Of a DNA stretch of 64,000 nucleotides, positions 9,678-18,957 are shown piece by piece (positions within the stretch are counted from its first letter, which is position 1; each line of letters opens with the position of its first letter). A model generated the notes under the pieces. It had not been told where the DNA came from, ran no database searches, and saw only the letters and a list, made by a program, of their open reading frames with translations. The position numbers and the translations under genes were made by a program. Origin of the DNA: a bacterium (lineage in GTDB: Bacteria > Zixibacteria > MSB-5A5 > GN15 > FEB-12); the NCBI GenBank assembly GCA_030605565.1, contig JAUWIB010000099.1, positions 733 through 64,732 on the forward strand, in the 5' to 3' direction.

Positions 9678-11294
9678 GTGTCTGAAGTAATTAACGAGTC
9701 ACTTTCGACCGTCGTCGAGTATGGTTGGTTTGTGAGTGTCTTGATTGTGACGCTAGCCATTCTCGTCGCGGGAGACGTCCTCTGGAGACACTACAGAACC
9801 TACAGAACCGATGAACACCTTTTTTCAAGGATGCGGAGAGCCCTCTGGATATCCGGTGCAACCGTTGCACTGCTACTCCTAATACTGAGCTTCTGGGCAC
9901 ACAATCAATCGGGGTATGCCGCTACAGAGAGTGTACCGCCAGATGTATCAGGACTGTCCGACTGGGACGACCATGTCACCAAGCTTACAATCTCCACCGC
10001 GCCAAGCGAAACTGCCAAGAAAAAGGCCCCGAAAGAAGACCTGCAAGAATCAGCGAAAAACCTGTTGCCGAGAAGCGTTACGTCATTTGATAGCGCACTA
10101 GTATACATGGGACTTGACCGATATGATGAGTCAGTCGTGTTAATCGACAGGGAAATTGAGAAAGTCGAGAATGCCGGCGACCAGCCACATCTGATCCCGC
10201 GACTACTGTACTTCCGCTCATTGGCCAACTCTTTTGGCGGAAATGACTCTGTTGCTCTTGCAGATTGTGATAGCGCACTGGCACGTGATCCTCTTTACGC
10301 TGAAGCATGGATGAACCGTGCTTTCTTGCTGATGAAACTCGGACGGTTTGATGAAGCACCGCATAGCGCTCACATGGCTAGTCGGTATGCAGATCAGAGA
10401 TCTTTTCCCTGCATTCTGGGCGCTGCCTTCTACCAGCACGGTAATTGGCCTGCCGCAATTGAGAATCTCGATGCAGCTTTAGCAATCGATTCGCTCTATC
10501 CGGAGGCACGGGCGCTAAGGTCCATCGTCGCTCAATTGCTTGAATACAGGGATCGATCATCGTCCGACGCGTCTGCATCCCTCGCTTTAGATAGCACCAG
10601 CGCAATAGCTTGGTCCCAGATGGCGGTTCTCTCAGCTCTATTCGGCGACACGCTAAGCTTACGTGAAAACCTTAGCAGGGCGTACAAGTACGTGAAATCG
10701 GATACATGCGATGTATTAGTGCGTGGGGCGATTGCGCTAATTACGGCAAAAGCGTATTACGAGGCTCGTGATGCGTTAAACGGTGCTATTGAGGGCTGCG
10801 CAGACAATTTTTGGGCTTGGTATTATTTGGCGGTAGTCTCATCCGAATTGGGAGATTACGAGGTAGCATTAACCCAGATCGATGGTGCGATCAGTCGAGA
10901 TATTGGCACCGGCGAGGCTCTTGCCCTTAAGAGCATCATCCTCCATGATTCCGGGGTGGTCATCGGCCAGTGCCTTAAGTATGTGGATTCTGCGTTTGAT
11001 GTTGGCTCTCAGGTCAACGCCGCGCTCGCATGGGTGATCAAAGGTGAAACTCTCTTGGAACTGAAGCAGACTGACTTGGCCGCAGCAGCTTTTGACAGTG
11101 CCTTCGCAACAAGTGCAGGCCAACCACAACTTGGCTATCGAATTGCAAACGGCCTGTTCATGACTGATCGACCAGATAGTGTCGTTCGCGAAGCTATGGC
11201 GATGGCCTTGACCTACGATACTAATTGGTCAGAAGTCCACAGTCTCGACACCCTTCTGACCCTGCATGAATCTCCGCCGCCGCCTAGTCGCTGA
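9678..11294 (+). CDS. Membrane-anchored TPR-repeat protein
   Basis: Two N-terminal TM segments, followed by repeated TPR-like units (CDSALARDPLYAEAWMNRAFLLMKLGRFDEA, LDAALAIDSLYPEA, WAWYYLAVVSSELGDYEVAL). The start is taken as GTG 9678, 2 nt after the upstream stop. The track ORF begins at 9606, overlapping the upstream gene. Confidence 0.65.
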   Translation: MSEVINESLSTVVEYGWFVSVLIVTLAILVAGDVLWRHYRTYRTDEHLFSRMRRALWISGATVALLLLILSFWAHNQSGYAATESVPPDVSGLSDWDDHVTKLTISTAPSETAKKKAPKEDLQESAKNLLPRSVTSFDSALVYMGLDRYDESVVLIDREIEKVENAGDQPHLIPRLLYFRSLANSFGGNDSVALADCDSALARDPLYAEAWMNRAFLLMKLGRFDEAPHSAHMASRYADQRSFPCILGAAFYQHGNWPAAIENLDAALAIDSLYPEARALRSIVAQLLEYRDRSSSDASASLALDSTSAIAWSQMAVLSALFGDTLSLRENLSRAYKYVKSDTCDVLVRGAIALITAKAYYEARDALNGAIEGCADNFWAWYYLAVVSSELGDYEVALTQIDGAISRDIGTGEALALKSIILHDSGVVIGQCLKYVDSAFDVGSQVNAALAWVIKGETLLELKQTDLAAAAFDSAFATSAGQPQLGYRIANGLFMTDRPDSVVREAMAMALTYDTNWSEVHSLDTLLTLHESPPPPSR

Positions 11295-11309
11295 CTTGGT
11301 TCGCCGCTT

Positions 11310-13151
11310 TTAGATTAGGCGCTCCCCCTGCCAACTCCTCCCCACCCTCTCCGCCAGCCCCTTACTGACCCCCTTCACCTCCATCAACTGTTCAATCGTG
11401 GCGGATTTGATGCGTTTGATTGAGCCGAAGTGTTTCAGGAGCGCCGTGCGTTTGGCGGGGCCGATGCCGGCGATGTCGTCCAAAGCAGACTTGATCGTAC
11501 GTTTCGTGCGGACCTTGCGGTTGTAGGTGATAGCAAAGCGGTGCGCCTCGTCGCGCACTTGTTTCAACAGCATCAGAGCCGGGGAACTGCGGTTGATTAC
11601 GATGGCATCAGAGACGCCCGGCACGAACACCTCCTCCAGACGTTTCGCCAGACCGATCACAGGTTGTTCGTCGAAGCCAAGTGACTTCAGTTCCGCCAAT
11701 GCCGAGGACAACTGGCCTTTACCTCCGTCCACTACCACCAAGTCAGGAGAGGCTTGCCTCTCTTTTTTGAGGCGATGAAAATAACGCCCGATCACCTCAC
11801 GCATCATCCGGTAATCGTTCTGGCTCTTGGCGCCTTTGATCTTGAAATGTCGATACCCGGACTTTTTCGGCTTGGCGTTCTCAAAATAGACACACGACCC
11901 GACCGCGTCGGTCTCCCCCGTGTTCGAGATGTCGAAACACACGATCCGCCTGGGCGAGTGGGACAGTTTCAGTTCGTCCTTGAGAGCGGTGACCATTTTG
12001 CTGGTGCGCTCGGATTGTTTTTTCTTTTGGATCAACAGTTCATCCAGAAGCAGCCGCGCATTGGCCGAAGCAAGGTCCAGCAGCCTGAGCTTCTCCCCTT
12101 TTTTCGGCGAGTGAACTTTGACCACGGACCCTTTCAGTTTCTTCAACCACGCCTTCAACAGTCTCACGTTGGACGGGTCGTACGGCAGATAGATCTCCTG
12201 GGGCAGGTTCGGTTGCTTGTTGTAATACTGCTGCACGAACGTCTCAAGGACTAACTCATCACCGTCATCGATATCGGCCGACAGTTGAAAATCCTGCCGC
12301 CCGATCAACGCCCCCTCCCTGATCTGCAACACCGCCGCCACCGCATCGCGATCTTCACGGGCCAAAGCGATTATGTCACGATCAATTTTCTGACCGACAT
12401 CGACCTTCTGCTTGAACATCAGCGCCTTGATCGCCTCGATTTGATCACGACAGCGCGCGGCCTCCTCGAACTCCATCGCCTCCGAGGCGGCCTGCATCTT
12501 TTCATGCAAATGTTCAATCAGCGTCTGTGACTTGCCCGAAAGAACCATGATGACCGAGTTGATCGACTCCGCATAGTCCTCTTCGCTCTGTAAGTCCTCG
12601 CACGGTCCTAGGCAGCGTTTCACCTGATAGTCGAGACAGATTTTCTGTTTCTTGCCGGTCGGGTGCGGGATGACATAGTTGCAGGTGCGGATGGTAAATA
12701 GATGTGTCAACAGGGTGACCGTTCTGCGCATCGCCTTGCTGTTGGTGTACGGCCCGAAGTAGGTAGCGCTGTCTTTTTCGAGTCGCCTGACGATGAGCAC
12801 ACGCGGGAACGGTTCGTTGGTGGTAATCTTGATGTAGGGAAAATGTTTGTCGTCCCTGAGGTCGATGTTATAGCGCGGTTTGTGCTCGCGGATCAGGTTG
12901 GCCTCGAGAATCAACGCCTCGATCTCGGTGTCGGTCAGCATCAGATCGAAATCGACGGCCCTGGAGACCATGCGCCTCGTCTTGGGATCCAGGTTGCGAG
13001 CCGACTGAAAATAAGTCCGCACGCGATTGCGGAGGTTCTTGGCTTTGCCGATGTAGATGATCTTGCCCTGAGCGTTGGTGAACATGTACACCCCGGACGA
13101 TGTCGGCAGGTTTTTGAGCTTCAGACGCAGCTCAGGGGTAGCGGGCCTCAT
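11310..13151 (-). CDS. uvrC: Excinuclease ABC subunit C
   Basis: GIY-YIG motif (SGVYMFTNAQGKIIYIGKAKNLRNRV), UVR domain (FEEAARCRDQIEAI) and a C-terminal HhH region (IAGIGPAKRTALLKHFGS). Confidence 0.95.
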   Translation of the reverse strand: MRPATPELRLKLKNLPTSSGVYMFTNAQGKIIYIGKAKNLRNRVRTYFQSARNLDPKTRRMVSRAVDFDLMLTDTEIEALILEANLIREHKPRYNIDLRDDKHFPYIKITTNEPFPRVLIVRRLEKDSATYFGPYTNSKAMRRTVTLLTHLFTIRTCNYVIPHPTGKKQKICLDYQVKRCLGPCEDLQSEEDYAESINSVIMVLSGKSQTLIEHLHEKMQAASEAMEFEEAARCRDQIEAIKALMFKQKVDVGQKIDRDIIALAREDRDAVAAVLQIREGALIGRQDFQLSADIDDGDELVLETFVQQYYNKQPNLPQEIYLPYDPSNVRLLKAWLKKLKGSVVKVHSPKKGEKLRLLDLASANARLLLDELLIQKKKQSERTSKMVTALKDELKLSHSPRRIVCFDISNTGETDAVGSCVYFENAKPKKSGYRHFKIKGAKSQNDYRMMREVIGRYFHRLKKERQASPDLVVVDGGKGQLSSALAELKSLGFDEQPVIGLAKRLEEVFVPGVSDAIVINRSSPALMLLKQVRDEAHRFAITYNRKVRTKRTIKSALDDIAGIGPAKRTALLKHFGSIKRIKSATIEQLMEVKGVSKGLAERVGRSWQGERLI

Positions 13152-13672
13152 TTTGAATCTCGGGCTGGATACTCCAAAATGCGACGAGCATCGACATACC
13201 GTTGCGACCAGTATTTCTCTTTGAGCTTGCTGATGATAACGCCCCGCGAGGTTGACGCATGTATGAACTCGCCATACCCAATGTAAATGCCCACATGCGA
13301 CACCGGCCTGCTATCGGTGCGGAAAAACACCAGATCGCCATAGAGCAACTGCCTGCGATGGGCCGGCGTGCCGATGCGATATTGACGGGCAACAGTGCGC
13401 GGCAGATCGCGACCGTCGAACTTCTTGAAAACCTTGAGAACAAAGTGTGAACAGTCGACACCCGTTTCAAACAGGGACTGCCCGGCATACGGTTTGCCCA
13501 GAAAGCTTTGCATGATCACGCCCAAGCGCAGGGAATCGTTGGTGGTCAGGCGCACCGCTTGTCGCGGTTTGTCAAGGGCCGGACGTTCCTCTCCCCCGGT
13601 CCGGAAGCGAGGATGCGGTTGACAACCGATTGTAATCGTCATCAACGCTATAGTGAGAAGTTTAATCCACAT
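13148..13672 (-). CDS. NlpC/P60 (C40) peptidase lipoprotein
   Basis: Lipobox LMTITIGCQ, catalytic Cys context GVDCSHFV, and VSHVGIYIGYGEFIHAS. Trimmed from track ORF 13148..13918 to ATG 13672. Confidence 0.85.
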   Translation of the reverse strand: MWIKLLTIALMTITIGCQPHPRFRTGGEERPALDKPRQAVRLTTNDSLRLGVIMQSFLGKPYAGQSLFETGVDCSHFVLKVFKKFDGRDLPRTVARQYRIGTPAHRRQLLYGDLVFFRTDSRPVSHVGIYIGYGEFIHASTSRGVIISKLKEKYWSQRYVDARRILEYPARDSK

Positions 13673-13674
13673 TA

Positions 13675-14586
13675 CTACGCCAGCCTCGGATATATTATAC
13701 CGAACCTCCGCAGGTAATATATCCGGCAGGCGATCAGCAGAGCAACAATAAACAACAAGTATCCGGGATATAGAAAACCGGCGAGTATAGTCAACATCAG
13801 GAGCGGAGCTTTGGCCGAAAACAGATCCAGCTTCGACGAGCCGAACAGTGTCGCCATCAGAATCAAGATCGCCGCGAAGAGGGACAGGTAAACCAACCCG
13901 GCCAGATTCGCCATCCATGCGACGGAGAGTGATGCCAGCATCAGCACCAGTGCAAGTATCCGCGCCGCAGTGGGACCGACTGCGACAGCGATAGTCCGTT
14001 TGCCGGTAGCATCATCACCCGAACGGTCGGGGAGGGTTGTAAGGATATGAACTGAGGCGACCGTGAAAAAGAAGTAAAACGAAGAAGCCCAGTCGACGGC
14101 GGCCAGAGCATACATGTCGGTAAACGGCCCGACTGTGATCGGAACCAGGAATCCGAAGCACCAGGCGTTGGCTATCAGCCCAGCCAGCGGTCGGTCTTTC
14201 AAGCGTAGTGGGGAAGCTGAATAGAACCAGGCAAAAACAAAACCCTGCAGGAAGATCAACAGCATGAGTCGCGATGTCAAACCGGCGATGGTGGTTCCCG
14301 CAAGTGAAAGGATGAGATAACCGATCATAAAACCCCGCGCCGTGGTCAGTTCACGCTGCAGAAAACCGAGTTTGTCGTTGAAGGCATCGGATTCATAATC
14401 GAAGATCTGATTGACATAGAAGGCGCCGGCCGCCAGCAGACTCAGGCATATCATCGTGATCAGGTTCGGCAGACCAAAGCTGTCGCCGCTATGCTGGTGG
14501 CGCCCGTGAAGACTGACCAGATAGACCGACCATAACGGCAGATGCAGCATCGGCCGAGACGCAAAGACGTAATCGAGGAACTTCAT
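13675..14586 (-). CDS. UbiA-superfamily prenyltransferase (substrate unknown)
   Basis: Polytopic membrane protein with the Asp-rich motifs NQIFDYESD and DRSGDDATGKRT. Tightly packed between cdsA (4-nt overlap) and the NlpC/P60 gene. Confidence 0.8.
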   Translation of the reverse strand: MKFLDYVFASRPMLHLPLWSVYLVSLHGRHQHSGDSFGLPNLITMICLSLLAAGAFYVNQIFDYESDAFNDKLGFLQRELTTARGFMIGYLILSLAGTTIAGLTSRLMLLIFLQGFVFAWFYSASPLRLKDRPLAGLIANAWCFGFLVPITVGPFTDMYALAAVDWASSFYFFFTVASVHILTTLPDRSGDDATGKRTIAVAVGPTAARILALVLMLASLSVAWMANLAGLVYLSLFAAILILMATLFGSSKLDLFSAKAPLLMLTILAGFLYPGYLLFIVALLIACRIYYLRRFGIIYPRLA

Positions 14587-15434
14587 ACCATCAAAGTGCG
14601 CAGATAGAAATACATAAACGGTGCTGCAAACAGGAGCGAATCAAATCGATCAAGCACGCCGCCGTGTCCGGGAATGACACGTGATGAGTCCTTGATGCCG
14701 AGCGACCGTTTCCACATCGACTCAACCAAATCGCCCAATTGTCCGAACAGCGAACATCCGAGAGCAATGACCAGGATATGACCCAGCCCAATCTGCGGCA
14801 ACCTCCAGAAGTGCATCAATAGTCCGACAGCAACAGCGCCCAGCAGCCCGCCGATGAACCCCTCAACCGTCTTATTAGGTGAGACGGTCGGCGCCAGTTT
14901 GTGACGGCCAAGCCAGGAGCCGATGCCCATCGCGGCAGTGTCGCCGATCCATAGCAGTCCGAAAAGAAACAACAAGCAGTCACCCCCGGCAATCGAACCG
15001 AATCCCTCGCCGACTTTGTAAACGAAGGGATAAAGCAGACCGATGTAGGCCACACCCCAGAGCAAGCGACTGTGGCGTCTGAACAGATCGGCGGGCGACT
15101 GTTTGCCGATACTCAACAGCACCGCAGTTATGACGAAGAAAAACAAGATCGGTGTGCCCTCGTGGCCAAGGATTTCTGCTCGACCGGCTAAGAATGCACG
15201 TGGCTCCGCAAAACCGGTAGCCAGCCAGAATGTCGACGCGACTGTGATGATGCCAAGCCAAAAGAAACCGGAACGCGGTTGGGATTTTTCATTGACAAGA
15301 AACTCGATAATGGCGCCTGACGCCACCAGCATGAGCATCCCGAACAGCCAGCCTCCCCCCTGATAACAGATCCACAGAATAATCGGAATGGTAACCACCG
15401 CCACACCGATCCGGGCGGCCAGATTACGGCTCAT
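14583..15434 (-). CDS. cdsA: Phosphatidate cytidylyltransferase
   Basis: GDLVESMWKRSLGIKDSSRVIPGHGGVLDRFDSLLF signature in a polytopic membrane protein. Confidence 0.9.
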   Translation of the reverse strand: MSRNLAARIGVAVVTIPIILWICYQGGGWLFGMLMLVASGAIIEFLVNEKSQPRSGFFWLGIITVASTFWLATGFAEPRAFLAGRAEILGHEGTPILFFFVITAVLLSIGKQSPADLFRRHSRLLWGVAYIGLLYPFVYKVGEGFGSIAGGDCLLFLFGLLWIGDTAAMGIGSWLGRHKLAPTVSPNKTVEGFIGGLLGAVAVGLLMHFWRLPQIGLGHILVIALGCSLFGQLGDLVESMWKRSLGIKDSSRVIPGHGGVLDRFDSLLFAAPFMYFYLRTLMV

Positions 15435-16195
15435 CGCTTTGTCCTCTTGCTGATTCGTCCGAAACGTCGCTCACGCCGCTGATAATCGGCGATGGCCTCA
15501 AACAACTCGCGTCGTCCGAAATCAGGCCAGAGAGTGTCAATGATATGCAACTCGGTATAGCTCGTTTGCCAAAGCAGGAAATTTGAGATCCGGCGTTCAC
15601 CGGAGGTTCTGATCAAAAGATCGGGGTCCGGTAATGAAGCCGTGTACAGGAAACTGGAGAACAACTCCTCGTCAATCTTGGATGGATGTATCATGCCGGC
15701 CTTGGCGGCGTTAACAATCGACTTGACGGCATCGAGTATCTCAGTGCGACCACCGTAGTTCAGGGCCAGGTTCAACACCAACCCACGATTATCGCGGGTT
15801 TTCTCTTCAGCCCGAGCCAGCACTTTGCGACGAGCGATCGACAGACCGCCGATGCGACCCGTCGTGATCAGCTTAACATCATTCTTCATCAGTTCGTCGA
15901 TCTCTTTGCGCGTCGTGCGGCTTAGCAGCGACATAAGAGCCGCTACTTCCTCGCGCGGACGTTTCCAATTCTCGACAGAAAAAGTGTACAGTGTCAGATA
16001 TTGAATGCCGATCTCACTGGCGGCCCGCACCGTCTTCTTGACCGCCTTCACACCGGCCTCGTGACCAAAGGTGCGCGGCTTGTTGCGTCGGGCGGCCCAG
16101 CGGCCGTTACCGTCCATAATGATTGCCACGTGGCGTGGAATCGGTTCTGGATTGTTCAGGATGGTTTCTTTGAGACTGTCGGACTTGTGCATCAT
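15431..16195 (-). CDS. uppS: Isoprenyl transferase (undecaprenyl diphosphate synthase)
   Basis: HVAIIMDGNGRWA, LTLYTFSVENWKRP and RTSGERRISNFLLWQ. Confidence 0.95.
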   Translation of the reverse strand: MMHKSDSLKETILNNPEPIPRHVAIIMDGNGRWAARRNKPRTFGHEAGVKAVKKTVRAASEIGIQYLTLYTFSVENWKRPREEVAALMSLLSRTTRKEIDELMKNDVKLITTGRIGGLSIARRKVLARAEEKTRDNRGLVLNLALNYGGRTEILDAVKSIVNAAKAGMIHPSKIDEELFSSFLYTASLPDPDLLIRTSGERRISNFLLWQTSYTELHIIDTLWPDFGRRELFEAIADYQRRERRFGRISKRTKR

Positions 16196-16429
16196 GATGC
16201 CAAGCTACATATCGCATCCAAACATGGCAAGCGCAATTAACATTTGGACTTTCCCCAAAACATCTATGGGTTGAACAGCAACATTTGGTATTTGTGGTCG
16301 GCGTACGTCCCCGTGCGCCGACATTCGCGGTGAACGCGGTAGACGAGGACGTCCGCCGCGCACTAACGCACCGCGTAGGGGGCAGCCTTGTGTGTCCCAA
16401 TGGAAGCCACTTCCAGTTCTCCTTTCTCT

Positions 16430-16517
16430 GTCATACTGGCGAAGGTCAGTATCCAGTCTTTGAATCCGGAACTGGATGCCGGATCAAGTCCGGCATGACA
16501 AGTCGTTCCACTTCCTG
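16430..16517. repeat. Family-C palindromic repeat, left copy of an inverted pair
   Basis: The reverse complement aligns with 18873..18957. The core CTTGTCATGCCGGACTTGATCCGGCATCCAGTTCCGGATTC is identical and the flanks are about 85% similar by eye. Confidence 0.85.
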
Positions 16518-16610
16518 CAAATATCAACCCCTTGATTCAATTCACATTACAATGAATCCGATCAGATTATTGGGGAAGGTTCCGCAATTAACATCCGAAC
16601 GGAGTAGCGC

Positions 16611-17288
16611 TCACGGGCGGTCGACACTTACGGCATCAATCCGCGTTTCCAGCCTATAATTCTCATTGGAAAATATCCCCTCCCTGGCTCCCACCTCCCA
16701 AATAGAATCCGGGAATAGAAAACCTTCCCGTTCCGACAGCCGGTAGCAGCGAGAGAATCGCTTATAACCCTCGCGATGCAGGTAGTAAAGGTAGAGTCGG
16801 CGTAACAAATATGAGTCGCGATCAATGACGACCAGACCCACTGGTAGTGAATCATCGGCCTTTGGTGTGTCGAAGCCGATGGCTAACAGTTCCCCGCCGG
16901 TATCGTTGGGGTAGAAAGTGTATCGATATTGCGCTTTGAATATATCTGGAACGGAGAATCGCTGATGCATGATGCCGTCCGACGTGGCCGTTTCCACCAT
17001 CTGCGAATCCAATGATCCGGAACTGAACCAGTAGCGCACAATAGCGGTATCGACGCTGGTGATCCGCCCGTTGGAAGCGACTCTTTTGTAGTGTGAGGTA
17101 GTCAAAAGGGAGAATTTCACCCCATTCTCAAGGGGGTCGGACTCCGCTGAGACAGATGCGGCCTGCGTGCAGTAGAACTCGAGCACCGGGTCACCGCCGT
17201 AACTATCATCGGCCAAGCCGGTTGCGGTCGCGATTAGAGCTACCGTCGCGATCCATAATACCTGGATATGGCACTTTTCTGTTGACAT
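16611..17288 (-). CDS. Hypothetical secreted protein
   Basis: Signal-peptide-like N-terminus (VLWIATVALIATATGLADD) from ATG 17288. No family recognised. Confidence 0.55.
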   Translation of the reverse strand: MSTEKCHIQVLWIATVALIATATGLADDSYGGDPVLEFYCTQAASVSAESDPLENGVKFSLLTTSHYKRVASNGRITSVDTAIVRYWFSSGSLDSQMVETATSDGIMHQRFSVPDIFKAQYRYTFYPNDTGGELLAIGFDTPKADDSLPVGLVVIDRDSYLLRRLYLYYLHREGYKRFSRCYRLSEREGFLFPDSIWEVGAREGIFSNENYRLETRIDAVSVDRP

Positions 17289-17436
17289 TCGCTGCTCAAT
17301 ATACGTAGAATGGGTGTAGTTGCCAACTGTACATTCTGAGGAAATCGACAGCAACGTCAATCTCAAAGACCGGTTGGCGTCGGCAACGTTGTTGGGAAAA
17401 TCGGTTCGATGAAGACAAGAAACAGGAGGTTATGAT

Positions 17437-17877
17437 ATGTTTGTCAAAGAGATGTTGAAATCATCGCCTAAGGACATCATCACGGTTGATCCGTCGACGG
17501 ATCTATGGACGGCAATGGAGACGCTGATATCCAACAAGATCGGCTGCCTGCCCGTTCTGGATAGTTCGGGTACTTTGGTCGGAATCCTTGATGACAAGGA
17601 CATTTTTCGCGCCGTGTATGAAAATCAGGACAATTTCGAGAAGTTCACTGCCGGTGAGTTGATGACATCCAATCTGATTATCGGGATGCCGGACGACGAC
17701 TTGAACTACATCGCTGGTTTGATGGCCAAGAATGACATACGCTATGTCCCGATTATGGACGACAAGAAGATGGTTGGACTGATCTCGCCGGGCGATGTCG
17801 TGAAAGCGCAAATGACCCATATCGAGATTGAGAACCGCTACCTGAAGATGTACATGGAGGGCACACACCTGGGCTGA
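17437..17877 (+). CDS. CBS-pair domain protein
   Basis: 146 aa with two CBS motifs (IGCLPVLDSSGTLVGILDDKDIFRAV and IRYVPIMDDKKMVGLISPGDVVKA). GGAGG lies upstream of the ATG. Confidence 0.85.
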   Translation: MFVKEMLKSSPKDIITVDPSTDLWTAMETLISNKIGCLPVLDSSGTLVGILDDKDIFRAVYENQDNFEKFTAGELMTSNLIIGMPDDDLNYIAGLMAKNDIRYVPIMDDKKMVGLISPGDVVKAQMTHIEIENRYLKMYMEGTHLG

Positions 17878-18069
17878 GGGCAATTCCCTTGAGTCCCGAC
17901 CTTCCGGTTTTGTGTCTGCATTTAATCTGACCTGGCAAGCTCCGTTATCGAGCCAGGCGGTTTCACGACCGATCGCAAGCCGACTGGTTAGCTGAAAAAT
18001 ACGTCCGTCGGGTCACGGTTTGGCCGAAAAATAGGTCGTTTTAATCTCCGGCGAAGTTGCTTGTTCTGG

Positions 18070-18098
18070 TTGTCAATTGATCTCCGATCAATTATGAT
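18070..18098 (+). promoter_or_regulatory. Candidate sigma70-type promoter with a palindrome in the spacer
   Basis: TTGTCA, 17 nt, then TATGAT. The spacer holds CAATTGATC-TCC-GATCAATT(A), an 8/9 inverted repeat. It lies about 105 nt upstream of ATG 18204. Confidence 0.35.
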
Positions 18099-18203
18099 TG
18101 ATCGTGGCTGCGTGAGGTGGTCCACAGTGAATATAATCGCAGGACGTCCGGCAGACATGTGTGAAGAGCGTCGACTGCCCTGTTAGACAGGAGAAAGAAC
18201 CTT

Positions 18204-18644
18204 ATGTTGGTAAGAGATTTGTTGAAGAAGAAGGATCGGGAGGTTATATCCGCAACGGCCGATACCGAGGTGAACGAGGCAATGCGGCTCTTGATCGATA
18301 ATGGCATCAGTTGCCTGCCGGTATTGGACAAGAACGGCAAGCTTGAGGGTATCGTCAGCGACAAGGACATCTTTCGACTGATCTACGAGCACCGAACGGA
18401 CTACAGTCAGTCTCGAGTAGGTGATGTCATGACAAGAGACCTTCTGATTGGATTGGTCGGTGACGATGTCAACTACGTGGCCGGTATCATGACCGAAAAC
18501 CGCATCCGACACATTCCTATAGTGGAAGGCAAGAAGCTGATCGGTTTGGTGTCACAGAGTGACATTGTCAAGACTCAGATGAAACGCATGGCTGTTGAGA
18601 ACCGTTACTTGAAGCTTTATTTCGACGGCGATTACCCGTCATAA
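18204..18644 (+). CDS. CBS-pair domain protein, paralogue of 17437..17877
   Basis: Also 146 aa and collinear with the upstream paralogue (ISCLPVLDKNGKLEGIVSDKDIFRLI, IRHIPIVEGKKLIGLVSQSDIVKTQM, VENRYLKLY). Confidence 0.85.
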   Translation: MLVRDLLKKKDREVISATADTEVNEAMRLLIDNGISCLPVLDKNGKLEGIVSDKDIFRLIYEHRTDYSQSRVGDVMTRDLLIGLVGDDVNYVAGIMTENRIRHIPIVEGKKLIGLVSQSDIVKTQMKRMAVENRYLKLYFDGDYPS

Positions 18645-18656
18645 CAGCCAAGCCTG

Positions 18657-18790
18657 CTTTTCGCGCTACGCGCGGCGATAAATCGCCTCTTTGCGCTTCG
18701 CGCTCGGACAACATTACCGTGCGCCGCGGCTGCAACGTCATCCTGAGTATTCTTCCCAACGTCATGCTGAGCGGAGTCGAAGCATGAGTC
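18657..18790. repeat. Family-E and family-A-like repeat units
   Basis: TTTTCGCGCTACGCGCGGCGATAAATCGCC...TTGCGCTTCGCGCTCGG recurs at 24801, 28751 and 32213. It is followed by GTCATCCTGAG...GTCATGCTGAGCGGAGTCGAAGCATGAG. Confidence 0.75.
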
Positions 18791-18872
18791 CAGCGACAGA
18801 CAGGAATGCCCACCACGCAGGAAGAATCGGTTTCGACCTGCGGTTCTATAGGAATCAAGGGGTTACTGTTTT

Positions 18873-18957
18873 CAAGAAGTGGAGTTACTTGTCATGCCGG
18901 ACTTGATCCGGCATCCAGTTCCGGATTCGAGGACCGCCTGGCTTTCGCCAGTATGAC
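18873..18957. repeat. Family-C palindromic repeat, right copy of the inverted pair
   Basis: CAAGAAGTGGAGTTACTTGTCATGCCGGACTTGATCCGGCATCCAGTTCCGGATTCGAGG...CGCCAGTATGAC is the reverse complement of 16430..16517. Confidence 0.85.
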
